From: Curvularia clavata
Taxonomy: Eukaryota
Assembly: GCA_023920165.1 (NCBI GenBank)
Contig: CP089275.1
Location: 2,232,001 to 2,296,000, forward strand
Length of the DNA: 64,000 nucleotides
Direction of reading: 5' to 3'
A program made the translations under genes and the position numbers. The notes below the pieces were generated by a model that did no database searches, was not told the origin of the DNA, and saw nothing but the letters and a program-made list of their open reading frames with translations. This document shows positions 12,009-23,878 of the stretch, one piece after another (position 1 is the first letter of the stretch; every line of letters starts with the position of its first letter).

Positions 12009-13346
12009 TTACAAAAAGCCCGAGTTCCACTTGCCCATGAGCAAATCTCTCGTGACCTCGAAACTGAGCCAGCTGCTTGCCATGCTGGGTGCGACCTTGA
12101 GGAGATTGGGAACAATGCCCTTGTACATGCCCCTGAGACCCTCGGTCTTGACGATCTGCTTGACGGCGTCGCCGATGCCCGCATATTGGTATCCCATACC
12201 GCTCATTGTGTTGATCTGAAATCGGCGTCGCAGGACATCGAATGGGTAGGTAATGGTCTGCGCAACAGCACCAGAGACGGCACCAGCTGCCAGCTTGCCA
12301 AGTGCGCTAGGGTCTTTCTCGCCATCACGTGTAAACTGGGTGCGGGCCATCTCGTAGACCATGAAGTTGAGACCAACATACGGTGCAACACCTGCTACGG
12401 TAGGGAGAATACCGCGGTACAGCGCCGGCACTCCGCCCTCGGTCTTGTACATGTTGATCAGTAATGCCCACATGCCTGGCAACTTCTGGCCGGCCTCTTT
12501 CTTAAGGCTCGAGAACGATGCGGACTGAATCGACAAGCGAGTGCGGACGATATCGAGCGGATACGTAAAGGTAACGGAAGTGATGCCGGCAAGTCCTCCG
12601 CAGAACAGTCGCTGGTAAGCGCCGAGCGGAGCACCTGGTTCACTCTCGAAGAACTATTGCAGGTCAGTGAATGCGGTTGATGAATCATACCGTGTCCCAT
12701 TATCCTTGTGGAACTTTGCCAGTCTTGTCCTCCTCTTCTTATTCCTATCACCATGTCCGCTCCAGCCCTCCTTTCCCCCCCAAGCCGAAACTTCCACCGA
12801 TTTGTTGTACCCTTCTCTCATGCGCACACCTGGCCTCCTCCCAACAAATTCAAAAAGCAAATCGCTCGCCTGAAAAGAAAAGAAACAGAGAGATCAACTT
12901 ACTCTCTTGTAGACATTGTAGGCGCTGAATTGCACAGCAGAGTATGGAACAATGCGAATGCAGTTGGTGCCATTTCCGGCCATGAAACCACGCCAGCCTT
13001 CCTCCCTCCACATCTTGGCTAGTGCCTTGGGAACCGACATCTTATATTCTTCACGGCCGACGCTCTGGACTTGGAACAGGATCTTGAGGCGCTCGAGGGG
13101 AGAGACGACGGTTCGGGAGACTGCGCCAGCTACACCGCCGGCAACAAACGAGGCAAGGACTGGCTGCGCAAGGACTTGTCGCATGCGCTCCAGGTTGGTA
13201 AGGTCGGGAGCGCCAACGGGCTGCATGCGTGTGTCAATTGGAGTTTTCAGGGTGCAAGTGGCGCTGATACATACCTTTACGCCCTCTCCTGGCTCGTCGC
13301 TCATAATGGCTGCTTGGGTTCGGGGCTTCTCCGAGGGACTCGACAT
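12009..13346 (-). CDS. Mitochondrial carrier family protein (YPR011C/SLC25A42-like)
   Basis: Three carrier repeats with Px[D/E]xx[K/R] signatures: PLERLK, PLDIVR and PFDVLR. Also GNGTNCIRIVPYSAVQF. Two introns, the second about 250 nt. Confidence 0.9.
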
Positions 13347-14665
13347 TATTTGAGTCTACACTGGTCGGGGTATTATGCTGGTGGAAGGCGGAGCGAGTCT
13401 GGCGGTGCCGGAGAAGAGGCAAGATTCTATCGAAGGAAAGGAAAGGCGGCGCAACTTAGTTTCGAGGTCATCGGAGGTGAGTGTGGTGACTGGTGAAAGT
13501 GAAGACAGATTGCTCGTTTGCTCAAGTGAGGGGACACGGTGGATTCGCGATGAATTCGATCTTCCATGCAAGGCAGCTAGACGAGGACCGTTTGCACTTT
13601 TGGATGTGCGTGGCTCATGGGACTCGCGGCGCAATGAGGTTGCGGTGTTTAGGTGGTTTGGATGTGGAGATTTGAGGATACCCGGAGGACGAGGCAGATT
13701 TTAGTCTAGCGCGCCGCGAACCAACGAATGTCCTCCGCAATGCCTTTGTATACGACAAGCGGTACCCGCTGGCAGCCCAGTCCGAGACTTTGCGATGTCA
13801 TACTTGGCCCCTGAGTGACAACTGTGGCCCCTTTCCCGTCATTGCTTTTTTGACGTGGCCCATTGCCAACGTCCTGCTGCAACTACAGCACATGCCTCAT
13901 TCAAGGTGACCTCGAATGGCATCGAATGGCATCATGCCGCACAGCTTCGAAACGTGAAACGACACATGCCCACATTGTAGGCTGACCAGGGGTGGTACAT
14001 ATTCTAGAAGAATCCGGCGTCGCGCTCCCAACACCCCTTACTAGGGCGCTACCACCATAGTCAGCTGGCACCACCCCTTTCAGTCAGCCGTCATCATCAA
14101 AGACATACTGTGTAGATGATGCTTTGCAGTCATCCTGCTCTGTGTCATCCGCCATGTCTGATCAGCGATACGAGGTGCTGCTGCTGCTGTACTGTCAACA
14201 AGTAGCCATAGCCACAGTCCACGGAACTTCCCCGCTGCTCCGGCTATGACGATACACCATCGCTTTTGCTCGGAACGCACGCAACTACGCCCAGCCGGAA
14301 CAGTAGCACGGTGTGGGGAATCTGGAGATGGTGGGGTACTACACATCGGCCGTGGAGGTAGCTCGTAATAGTTTGGCTGTCCCGAGGTCGATTTGAAGGG
14401 CGCGATAATATCTCGGGATGTGGCATTCGACGGCGCAAAGATAACATCGTCATCCTCGGAGGGACTGACATATCTTCTTATCAGACCTGGAAACTATGTG
14501 AATTTCACGGTCTCGAGGGAGCGTAATTTAGGGAATGTTGATTGATCTGGAGTGTGTTTGCTGCGTAATGTTAAGATGGAGGTACCGTTATCGATAAGTA
14601 GTAGTCGATGAGATTATCCTGCGTTCAAAGCACAAACCTGTGAAGTATCCCTTTGCGTCTTCGCA

Positions 14666-15972
14666 ATGTTATCACGTCGCCTTTTTCAGCGCCTTACTGA
14701 CAGGTTACTCCTGGACTTTCGAACTCGTACAGGTACTGCGATATGTTTTGCGTCGACATGTACGACGTGTAGCTCTAGTACCCAAGTATTTGGCCCATCA
14801 ATTCGCCATGCGTCATCTTCTTCGACCAGATGGAAATCGCGCCAGGGTAAAGACTTTTTTGCCAAAGAAGCCCGAGTGCAAGGCCTGAAGAGTCGTGCTG
14901 CTTTCAAGCTGCTTGAGGTAGGGGCGCAGGGTGGCAAAACTACGCAGTGACTGACATGCTACAGCTCAACGAGAAGCACAAGTTGTTCAGTCCTGGTCAA
15001 ACCGTTGTTGATTTGGTAGGTTCGGTCTTTATGCTGAATGGCAGAGAGTTGATACCATCAGGGATACGCACCCGGATCGTGGTCTCAGGTTCGCTGCTCG
15101 AATTTCCTACTTTCATACTCTTCTTATTCTGCTTAGGTTGCCGTGAATCGGACATCTCCAGACGGACGTGTCATTGGTATTGATCTCATCCCTGCCCAGC
15201 CTCCCCGAGGCGTCTCAACCATTCAAGGAGATTTCTTATCACCTGCAATTCAAGACCAGGTGCGAGCATATGTACGAGATGTAGATCTGGGCCGACCCAG
15301 ACGGCAAGTTTCCCCAAGCACGAGCGAAGGACTCACCGAGGAAGAGCTAGACGAGATGGAGAGGGGGTACATTGAGCTTGAACGCCAGGCCCATCTGGAT
15401 GGCGCAGGCCCTGAAGCCATTGGACAACCAACAGAGAACAATAGTAGCGGCCAAGAAGCGCTGGCTCCTCTATCACTCAAGGAGCGGGATGCACAGCGGG
15501 GGAGGACAGTGGATGTGGTACTCAGTGATATGTCAGCACCCTGGGACCAAACTACCGGCTTCCACAAAAAGAGCCTTAGTGACCCTTATGTTAGGATGAT
15601 GAACACGAGCGGCAATCCGTTCAGAGACCACACAGGCAGCATGGTCAGTATTTGTCCTCTGAGGTGTGAGCTAGACTGACTAGGGTAGGACTTGTGCATG
15701 GCAGCCCTGACATTTGCCTTTGACACGCTCAAGACCGGGGGCCACTTTCTTTGCAAGTACTACAAAGGGTCCGAGGAGAAGGATTTCGAGACGAAGCTGA
15801 AGCGTCTCTTTGCCAAGGTACATCGGGAGAAGCCCGAGTCGTCACGCGCTGTATGCAACCATGGCTGCTGGGTGTTCCAAACTAACAGTGGCAGGAATCC
15901 AAAGAAGCATATTTTGTGGCACTGCGGCGTAAGGAGACACCGACACGAGAAGAGATGTTTGGTGAAGGATGA
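14666..15972 (+). CDS. MRM2: Mitochondrial LSU rRNA 2'-O-methyltransferase (FtsJ/RrmJ family)
   Basis: Presequence, then KSRAAFKLLE, VVDLGYAPGSWSQ, VIGIDL, DVVLSDM, CKYYKG and KPESSRAESKEAYFV. Five short introns. Stop TGA at 15970-15972. Confidence 0.9.
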
Positions 15973-16716
15973 CTGGGACGGCGGGCGCTTTGCTCCTTCA
16001 GTAATGTAAGAGTAATAATGTATATCCGTGTCGGACCGAAAGCATTGCATGGTATGCCAAAGTTCAGTCGACGCATGGATGGTGTCTGAGACGAGACACA
16101 TGACATGTAGGTCGTCGAGCCCGTTACTGTCAAGAGCCCAATGCTGCAGTTTGCTGCTGGTGGGTTACTAGGCATGTATGTATATAGCTCGGTCGAGTCA
16201 GTGCTGGTGAGCAAGACAGGAGCATGTCGTACAGGTGAAGCGGTTCCACGCCGCCCCGCGAGGCGTTGGCATGGACAGATGGATTACCGAACGAATCCGG
16301 TGCTAACTGCAGGCGGCCATATGTGGTGACGGTTCTGGATGGGTCTCGTCGCATCCCGGACGACATGTCAAGCGTTTTTGTGGGTCGGGCAGACAGGGAT
16401 GCGGGCAGTCTCAGTCTGGGGGAGGCTCGTGGCGCTGCGTCATGGCGGGCGTGCATTGCTGATCGTGTGTGCCCGTTGAGAGGCCGACGAGTGTCTTGTG
16501 TTGTTTCTTTTGTGGTGCTGTTCTCTGCGCGCGCCTGGCAGACGGCGGGCATGCTCTTGGGACGCTTTGATGCCGGCCATGACTCGCTCGGCTGGCCCGC
16601 AGACTGCGAGGGCTTCTAGAGCCCGAATCCTAACCTTATCACGAACCGCATTTTCTCCCATCAACCCACCGATCAATCTAATCCGACTTGTGCGACGTGG
16701 CCAATGAGTGCCGGCC

Positions 16717-17908
16717 ATGGATTTCAATACCCCTAATGCCTACGGCGGCCAGTTCGCCAATTCCCCGCAACACGCCCAATTCGATCCCCAGGCGCGCCTC
16801 CAGCAGCAACCCAATCCACAGGCCCAGTATGCCCAGCAGCAGCAGCAGTCCTTCGCCGCCATGGGCGGCCCCGTAGCCAGCAATGCCCTCCAGCCCGGCG
16901 CCCCGTATCTCCAGCAGCGAGGTAAGTAAGCCTCCGAGGATGCGCGCCCCTGTGTCTGACACCATGGCCCAGCCGCGCTGCAACAGCAGCAGCAGCAGCA
17001 CCAACACCAACAACACCAGCTGTCGTCGCCCAGCCCCTACTCGAGCGCGCCCTTTGCCCAGCCCATGCCCTCGCCCGCCCACCAGCAGTTTGCCCAGAAC
17101 CGCCAGACGGCCTCGCCCGCCAGTGTCACTGGACAGCCGCCCTTTGCGACCCCCCAGCCCCAGCCCTCGCCCGCCAGCTTGCCGACAAACGGCCACCAGA
17201 CGCCCATGAACCTCCAGTTGCCCGTCAAGTCGGACCCGCCCCAGTTGCAGACGCCCGTCAAACAAGTGCCTCCTTCGCCCATGTCGCCCGTTAACCCGGC
17301 CCGTAGCCAGGACCGCGTCGCGACCCTCCTCGAGATCAACAGCATCTTGATCAAGGAGGTGTGCGACCTGCAGGCGCAGGGCAAGGCCGGCCATGTAGGA
17401 CCCTCGCCCGAAGCAAAACCCGACGGCGAGAAGGCGCAACCTTCCAAGGACTATGTAGAGTAAGTGCTGTCTGCCTTTGTTGCCGTTGTCCCATCGCCGT
17501 GTGCAGCTAACCCTCCCTTCCTCCAGCTACATGCGCCGCCTCCAAGCCAACCTCGCCTACCTCGCCCAAAACGCCGAAAAAGTCCCCAAACCAGGCCAAC
17601 AAATGCAACCCGGGCCCGCCATCATGTCGGTTCCCGCCTCGCATCCTGAGCTGGGCAAGCTCTACACCAAGCTGCAAGAACTTTTTCCTGGCTGGAAGGG
17701 CCAGGCTGGTGGCCAGATGAAGTCGCCGGGCCCGCAGCAGCGCGTGGGATCCACCCCAGGGCAACAGCAGCCTCCTAATAGTGCAGGCTTGCAGCAGAAT
17801 TGGGGCCAGAATGCCATGCAACAGAGTTTGCAGCAGGCGCAGCAGCAGGCGCAGCAACAACAGTCACAACCACAACAACAACAACAACAACAGCAGCAGC
17901 AGCAATAA
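16717..17908 (+). CDS. Gln/Pro-rich protein with SSXT (SS18/Snf11/GIF-like) domain, about 357 aa
   Basis: Exons 16717-16921, 16973-17459 and 17527-17908. Core reads VATLLEINSILIKEVCDLQAQGK...DYVDYMRRLQANLAYLAQNAE. Poly-Q C-terminus. Confidence 0.7.
17831..17905 (+). repeat. CAG/CAA microsatellite encoding poly-Gln
   Basis: Runs of cag and caa directly before TAA 17906-17908. Confidence 0.85.
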
Positions 17909-18460
17909 CTCCTAGGCTGGAGAATCTAGAGTCAAGTGAGAGAGAGAATAGGGCGGCGAGCCGTTTCATCGCAGGCGCATCGACGGCGTAACTTTTGTAT
18001 TATATATATACCTCTTTCTTCTCTCCGTTCCTTATCATTTTCATCTCCCTTTCCCATTGTCTTTTACCGATCAATATCCAGAAAAAAACCCCGGGAGGAG
18101 ACGCAGATGGAAACGATCGAGGAATACTGTTTTGCCAGGTAGAGAATAAGGGACAAAGGACAGGAGACCAGGGCAAAATGGCACTGGGCGGCGTTTCATT
18201 CATACTATCCATATTCCCTGGAAGCCATATCTTTCCTTTTCAAAAGATCAAATAACCGAGACAGGAAGTCAGTTCGAACAAATGCTCAAGTGCAGTCGAG
18301 TTAACAAAGTAAGGGAGGTGAGAAATCAACAGGCCAAGCAAGGGAATGCGTGCATGTACAGAGTATATCTGCATCTATAGACAATTTGTTGCCAAAAAGC
18401 GAAAAGGAAAAAGGAAAAAAATCCTTGAAATTCGTTCCTTTTCGTTTCCATGTGCGATGC

Positions 18461-18510
18461 CCTGGCTAGATTTTTCCATGACCTGGCTAGATTTTTCCAT
18501 GACCTGGCTA
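18461..18510. repeat. 21-bp tandem duplication CCTGGCTAGATTTTTCCATGA x2.4
   Basis: Units at 18461-18481 and 18482-18502, plus a partial unit at 18503-18510. Confidence 0.9.
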
Positions 18511-18987
18511 TGATGCTGTCTCTGTCACAACAGTCACGACATAAGCCATACACCAACCAACCCAGCCCAGCCATAAAACCACACTGCATTTGCCAATCTC
18601 ATCATCACATTACACAAACAATACAGCACGGCATATGAGTCACGAATACATTAGAATTATTCTGTTTCTGATTTCTCGTCGAGACACAAAGCAGACGCAT
18701 ACATAGGAGAACAAGCACAAAGGTATAAGACGAGCAAACAAAGCAAGACGAAGACGAGGGAAAGAAAGGAAGACAGGGAGAGAGGGAGTGAGCACATTCA
18801 GGTCATATATGTGTATATAATAGCTGTATGTACAACACACAAACAGACTCCATTCCGATGCTCCGCCATCCATCATCACCGAGAAAAAAAAGACACCAAA
18901 AAAGAGGCCCGTCCCTTATCGAGAGGGGAGAAGAAGAAGAGTACTAGTTAATAAACCTTGCCAAGGGGAGGTTTCGACTAGGAACGC

Positions 18988-20316
18988 TTAAGCAGAGCCA
19001 GCGTAGATCTTGCCGATGGGGGAAAGACCCTCGCCCGAGTTGAGCTGGTTCTCACCAGTGCCGACCATGAACCACGAGTAACCCTGAACCTTGTCCGAGT
19101 TGTCGAGGTAGTTCATGCACTCCTTGAGGAAGCTGGCGGCCTGCTCCTCGGTAGCGGAGCCGGGGTTGAGACCGAACTCGGTGACCCAGACCTTACCGTA
19201 CGACTCGGCGGCCTTCTCAATGTGCGCGGTGAAGCGGTCGATGGTCTTGTCGTCATAGACGTCGTAGAAGTGGATGTTGCCGGCATCGATGGTGGCGTCG
19301 GGGCACGCAGTGTGGAAGCGGCTGAGCCAGTCGAGACCAAGAGGAGCCTGGCCGTTGCTGACCGAGGGACCGATGATGGTGACGTCGGGGTGAGCCTCCT
19401 TGACGGGGTTCATGTACTCCTTCCAGGCCGAGCAGGCAGCCTCGGGGCTCAGGTTGCATTGAGCGGCAATGTCGCACTCGTTGAAACCCATGACGGCCGT
19501 GGAGCCCTTCTTGACAGCCTTGTCAACGTTGGCGAGCCAGTCTTGGGCGGACGAATCGCTGGGCTTGTGCATCATGGGGATGAACATGGTGCCGATGTCG
19601 TTGTTCTCGACCTGGCCCCAGTTGTAGCCGAAGCCGAAGCTGCTACCAAAGGTGGAGCAGAGGTTGGCGTCATTGTAGGCAAGACCACGCTTAGCACCAG
19701 AGTACATGTTTCCAAGACCAGGGGCCTTGGAGGGCGTGGAGGCTGCTGGGCTGCTGGAGGCAGGAGTAGCCGGGGCGCTGTAGGCTGGAGCGCTGTAGGC
19801 TGGGGTCTCAGCAGGCTTGGATGGGGCAGCAGAGGGAGTCTCGACTGGGTACTTGGCAGGCTGAGATGGAGTAGCATACTCGACTGCTTTGGACGAAGAG
19901 GGGGTAGGCTTCTCAGCGGGAGAAGATGCAGCAGGAGTAGCAGCACCGCCTCCAGGGGTGACGGTGACGGTGACCCTCTCCTTGGCAGTCACAGTGACGG
20001 TACCACCGCAGACGCTCGAAGAAGAAGCATCGGCGACGTTGGCCTGGTGAGCCTCGGGGTAAGGCGAGGGCTTGACAGTGACGGTCGAGTACATGGTGGT
20101 GGTCGAGGTCGAAGTGGAGCCAATGGTGGTGGTTGGCTCACCATAGACAGCGGTGCCAGTGCCAGCAGCAGAGGGAACAGTGCCGTTGGAGGCACCACCC
20201 CATCCTCCAACGGGGTAGGCAGCCCTGTGGTGGAACTTCTGGTGCTGCATGTGAGGAGAGGCCGAGACGGCGCCGGCGAGGGCCAGAAGGCCGGTGAGCT
20301 TGATGGAGGAAGACAT
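18988..20316 (-). CDS. Secreted GH128 / Asl1-like beta-1,3-glucanase-family protein
   Basis: Signal peptide, Ser/Thr/Pro linker, then a catalytic core with KRGLAY, YNW, FIPM, GFNE, HFY and WVTEFG. Intronless, 442 aa. Confidence 0.88.
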   Translation of the reverse strand: MSSSIKLTGLLALAGAVSASPHMQHQKFHHRAAYPVGGWGGASNGTVPSAAGTGTAVYGEPTTTIGSTSTSTTTMYSTVTVKPSPYPEAHQANVADASSSSVCGGTVTVTAKERVTVTVTPGGGAATPAASSPAEKPTPSSSKAVEYATPSQPAKYPVETPSAAPSKPAETPAYSAPAYSAPATPASSSPAASTPSKAPGLGNMYSGAKRGLAYNDANLCSTFGSSFGFGYNWGQVENNDIGTMFIPMMHKPSDSSAQDWLANVDKAVKKGSTAVMGFNECDIAAQCNLSPEAACSAWKEYMNPVKEAHPDVTIIGPSVSNGQAPLGLDWLSRFHTACPDATIDAGNIHFYDVYDDKTIDRFTAHIEKAAESYGKVWVTEFGLNPGSATEEQAASFLKECMNYLDNSDKVQGYSWFMVGTGENQLNSGEGLSPIGKIYAGSA

Positions 20317-22531
20317 TGTCGATTACGTCGATGTTTTGGCTTGTTATTGAGGCGTTGCGCGTGCTACTGGTGGATGTGGTTGAGCAGTAAAAGCAGATGC
20401 GGCTGACCTGAGCGCAAACAAGGACTGTTGACGTCGAGCAAGGAGCGTAACTGTCGGAGAGCTAAGAGAATGTACAGAGCAAGAAGTTGCTCAAAAGGAA
20501 TGGCAGTCGACGACCGGGTGGGTGCGAGCGAAGGAATGAGGGTGAAGGTGGAAAGATGGGGACGCGGGTGATTTTCAGCTCATATATTCCGGCGGGGGGG
20601 AATAGCGATACTCCATGGTCGCGTATGTGCCCGTCGAGACTAGGCGGATTCGGAAGCATCAGACTTTTTTCGGCCAAGTAAAGGTGCCAGGGGCAGGGTG
20701 CAAATAGGATGGTGTGGCCAGTCACAGTCGAGGAACGGAGCGAACGGCTTGGGAGGTGGCTTACGTTCGCAAGCTAGCAAAGAGAGCTGGCGCGTTTCAC
20801 GTAGCCGCCACGCTCAGGTACACCCGCTGGCCCCCGTGGCCCAACAGGGGCGAAGGACACGGTTTGGGTACAGACTTTGAGGCGCCGTGTCTTGTTGCGT
20901 GGGCAGGGGGTCTATTCGTGGTCGCAACACGGGCGCATAGTATGTAGGGGCTCCGGTGCGCTGGCTGAGTGAGATGGAATATTTGCCTCTGCTTTAGGCA
21001 TGTCGTCAAGCGGGCATGCGTTTTCTCCACTGTACCGCAGGGCTAGGGATGAATCCTTCAGCCTCTTGGCCCTGGCGAGCTGTTAGCGGTGGGGCCGCCC
21101 AGCGGCGGCGCGGATGGATCGACTATTCTAGACACTGGCCCTCATCTCCGAATCGGTGCTGACGGCTCTAGGTGTTTGACCATTTTAAAGTCAAGATGAC
21201 GAGTCGAGTTTGTCTGTTGAGATGCGAATCTGGGGGTTCGGGTGTGAGTGCACGAGGCGCAGTGTTGCTGCTGACAAGGCTACGGAGCGAGTCAAGGCGG
21301 GCGGGCGGGTTAAAGATAGCTTGTCCATGTCGCACTGCAGATGCCGAGCCCTGTCCCTATATGGCGCAGATCAGGCAGAGCGATTGTGTTGCGGCGCTGT
21401 TTGTTGCCTCGTTGACAAACAAGAATAGAGACGCGACGAGGCGAGGTGATGGGATGAAAGAGAGCAACCAACGGCGGCGTTGGTCGGTGTCATGGCTGCA
21501 CGGGCCTCTGCACGCAACAGGGCCATGCGTTGCCATGTGCTCTCGTTGCTTGTTCTCGTCGTTTGCTGTGCCGACGTCATGGGGTTCCAGGGAAGGGCCT
21601 GTTGAAATGTTTGCAACGCCTCCCGGTTTGCGCTCTAGAAGGCTGTCCCCAGTTTTGCAGTAAATTTCTTTTCCCATCAGCCATGTCCACGTCCAGTCAG
21701 AAGGCGGCGGCACGTGCTATCGATAAGCCTCACAGCGCGGCATGTCGAGTTCCTGCATAAGCGCCCCAACAGCTGCGCAGGCCTGACGCATGTCGCTGTT
21801 CTGGCGGCGGGCTGTTGAGTTGACTGCAGTAGTAATACGCTCTTCATTTCTTTTGCTCAATCCAGCCAAGGGCCAAGCTTAGGGTAAAATCATACAAGAA
21901 ATTCGGCCAACGCCGAGCCACGTAATTGGCTCCACTTGCCACGCTCCCCAGGTCTAGGCCTCTAGCACGCAAAGTGATCGGCCTGGTCGGAAGTTACCTT
22001 CCGACCTCGTCCCCGTTGCCTGTGAGAGCAGCACCCACCCTTCGAAACACCGACGGCAGCATACTATGTCATCCCTCTACCTTTGCCCTTCCGCAGCAAT
22101 GGTTTGCTAGCCCTGCCCCTGGCAATCGCGCGACCCTGTGCCGTTCAATACCAGAACCTTGTTCTTATTTGAGCAACAATGGTTGCTACCCCAAAACTCT
22201 CTTGATAGCCGTGCTACACTTGGTATTGGACCCCCTTGGCAAGGCGTTCAGGAGTCCCTTGGCAATTGCGCTGCAGCTTCCTTGACTCGACTCTGGTAAT
22301 TAACCAAAGAGATGAACGACGGAGATTCTGGGGGGAAAGGAATGAGCCAACCCGACTACATAGAACCGGAAACAGGCTTTGCCGTCTCTTCGACCCCTAA
22401 ACGATACATCCTACCCGTATTGACCCTGGCTACTTCACTCCTCATCTACAACTCACGGTTACAGTCCTCGCAACACCTTCTCGAAAAGCGCGTGGGTATA
22501 TTGAGCAAACCAAGACGCTACATTTCATTCA

Positions 22532-23878
22532 TCAAGTTCGTATTTCCGCAGCCTTCCTGAGTCGATTCATCACCGCAGCGGCAATATCGTCGCCCGACTT
22601 ATCATCAATACCCTCGACGTAGATTGTCTCCACACCCTTCTTATCCAGATCTCTCAGTGCCGAGAACAGTCCTCGTGCAATGTCTTCGGTGTTTGCCCCT
22701 AGATTGATGTCCCAAACATGCAGGCCCTCGGGCTTCACAAGGTAATGATTAGAACGCGGAATCTGGTGCTGCATAACAGACCGCAGCAGGTTGGATTGTC
22801 GCAACGAAGAGGCATTGGTATCTGTCGACACCTCGGGTTCCGGTGTAGAAAATGATTTCCATCCATTCGAAACTGATGACTCCACCTTCTCGGCATTCAA
22901 GCCCAGGGCGAGATTCCAACCCTTCGTCCTGACGATGCCAATTCTGCTCTTTCTTTTCAGCTCATCGGCTTTAGGACCATCAGCCCCAGCCTCGAAAAGC
23001 AGGACCGCCGCTTTCGGGCTGTAATGTCTGTACTTCATTCCCGGGGCGCGTGGTTTACTCGAGTCTTCCGCTTGCTTGTCTTTGTACCCAACCACCACCT
23101 TCTCCCAGCCAGGACATTGCCGCAGCTGTTCGACAGTTATACCTCCTGGTCGTAATATCGCTGGTGGACTGGACAACCCATCCACGACTGTGCTCTCAAC
23201 ACCGACCTCACAAGGTCCACCGTCGATTATCCGTCTAATCTTGCCATCCAAGTCATCGTAAACGTGCTCGGCAGCCGTGGGAGACGGACGCGTCGATGCG
23301 TTCGCAGACGGTGCAGCAAGCGGACGTCCACATAGCCTTAGAAGAGACAATGCAATGATAGATCGCGGCATTCGTGCACCAAACGTAGAGAGCCCTGCCG
23401 TCACCTCGGGCGCGAGAATCGACTTCTCGGGAGTGGGAAGAATAAGTGTAAGAGGACCAGGCCAGAAACGCTCAATCAACGGTCTGTAGATCTCAGGTAT
23501 AGGGTCCTTTCCATCGACCTTGCCATCTCCTGTGACATCCAGCTTCCCTGACAACAGTGCTCGTAGTTGTGGTAAAGAGTGTACATGCACAATCAACGGA
23601 TTATCAGCTGGTCGTCCCTTGCAAGCAAAGATCTGTTTTACAGCCGCACTCCTCGTCGCGTCTGCTCCTAGTCCATACACAGTCTCGGTAGGGAAAGCAA
23701 CGGGTATGTCCGTATCCACCAAGTCGCGCGCCGCTGCCTTCAGATTGCCGAAATGATCATCACCCTCTGCTGACTCGTCATATTCGATATGCCAGTCGTC
23801 GATCAAGTCGTCGCACTTTTTGAACGTAATCTTCCCCAATTTCTGGGGATCCACCGGCTGCATCCTAGTCTCGGCCAT
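22532..23878 (-). CDS. SUA5: Threonylcarbamoyl-AMP synthase Sua5 (t6A pathway)
   Basis: VAFPTETVYGLGADA, KGRPADNPLIVH, FWPGPLT, APSAN, GVESTV, PGMKYRHYSP and a C-terminal SUA5 domain (AVMNRLRKAA). The start is set at MAETRM; the frame is open upstream to 24220. Confidence 0.95.
   Translation of the reverse strand: MAETRMQPVDPQKLGKITFKKCDDLIDDWHIEYDESAEGDDHFGNLKAAARDLVDTDIPVAFPTETVYGLGADATRSAAVKQIFACKGRPADNPLIVHVHSLPQLRALLSGKLDVTGDGKVDGKDPIPEIYRPLIERFWPGPLTLILPTPEKSILAPEVTAGLSTFGARMPRSIIALSLLRLCGRPLAAPSANASTRPSPTAAEHVYDDLDGKIRRIIDGGPCEVGVESTVVDGLSSPPAILRPGGITVEQLRQCPGWEKVVVGYKDKQAEDSSKPRAPGMKYRHYSPKAAVLLFEAGADGPKADELKRKSRIGIVRTKGWNLALGLNAEKVESSVSNGWKSFSTPEPEVSTDTNASSLRQSNLLRSVMQHQIPRSNHYLVKPEGLHVWDINLGANTEDIARGLFSALRDLDKKGVETIYVEGIDDKSGDDIAAAVMNRLRKAAEIRT

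Noticed and set aside
16678..17439. 253-aa Leu/Gly-rich minus-strand ORF
   Set aside because: Mirror of the CAG/CCC-rich sense exons.
18636..18642. TGAGTCA Gcn4-like site
   Set aside because: It lies between convergent 3' ends, not in a promoter.
19222..20406. 394-aa ORF antisense to the GH128 gene
   Set aside because: Shadow ORF produced by strong codon bias of the sense gene; non-ATG start and no motifs.
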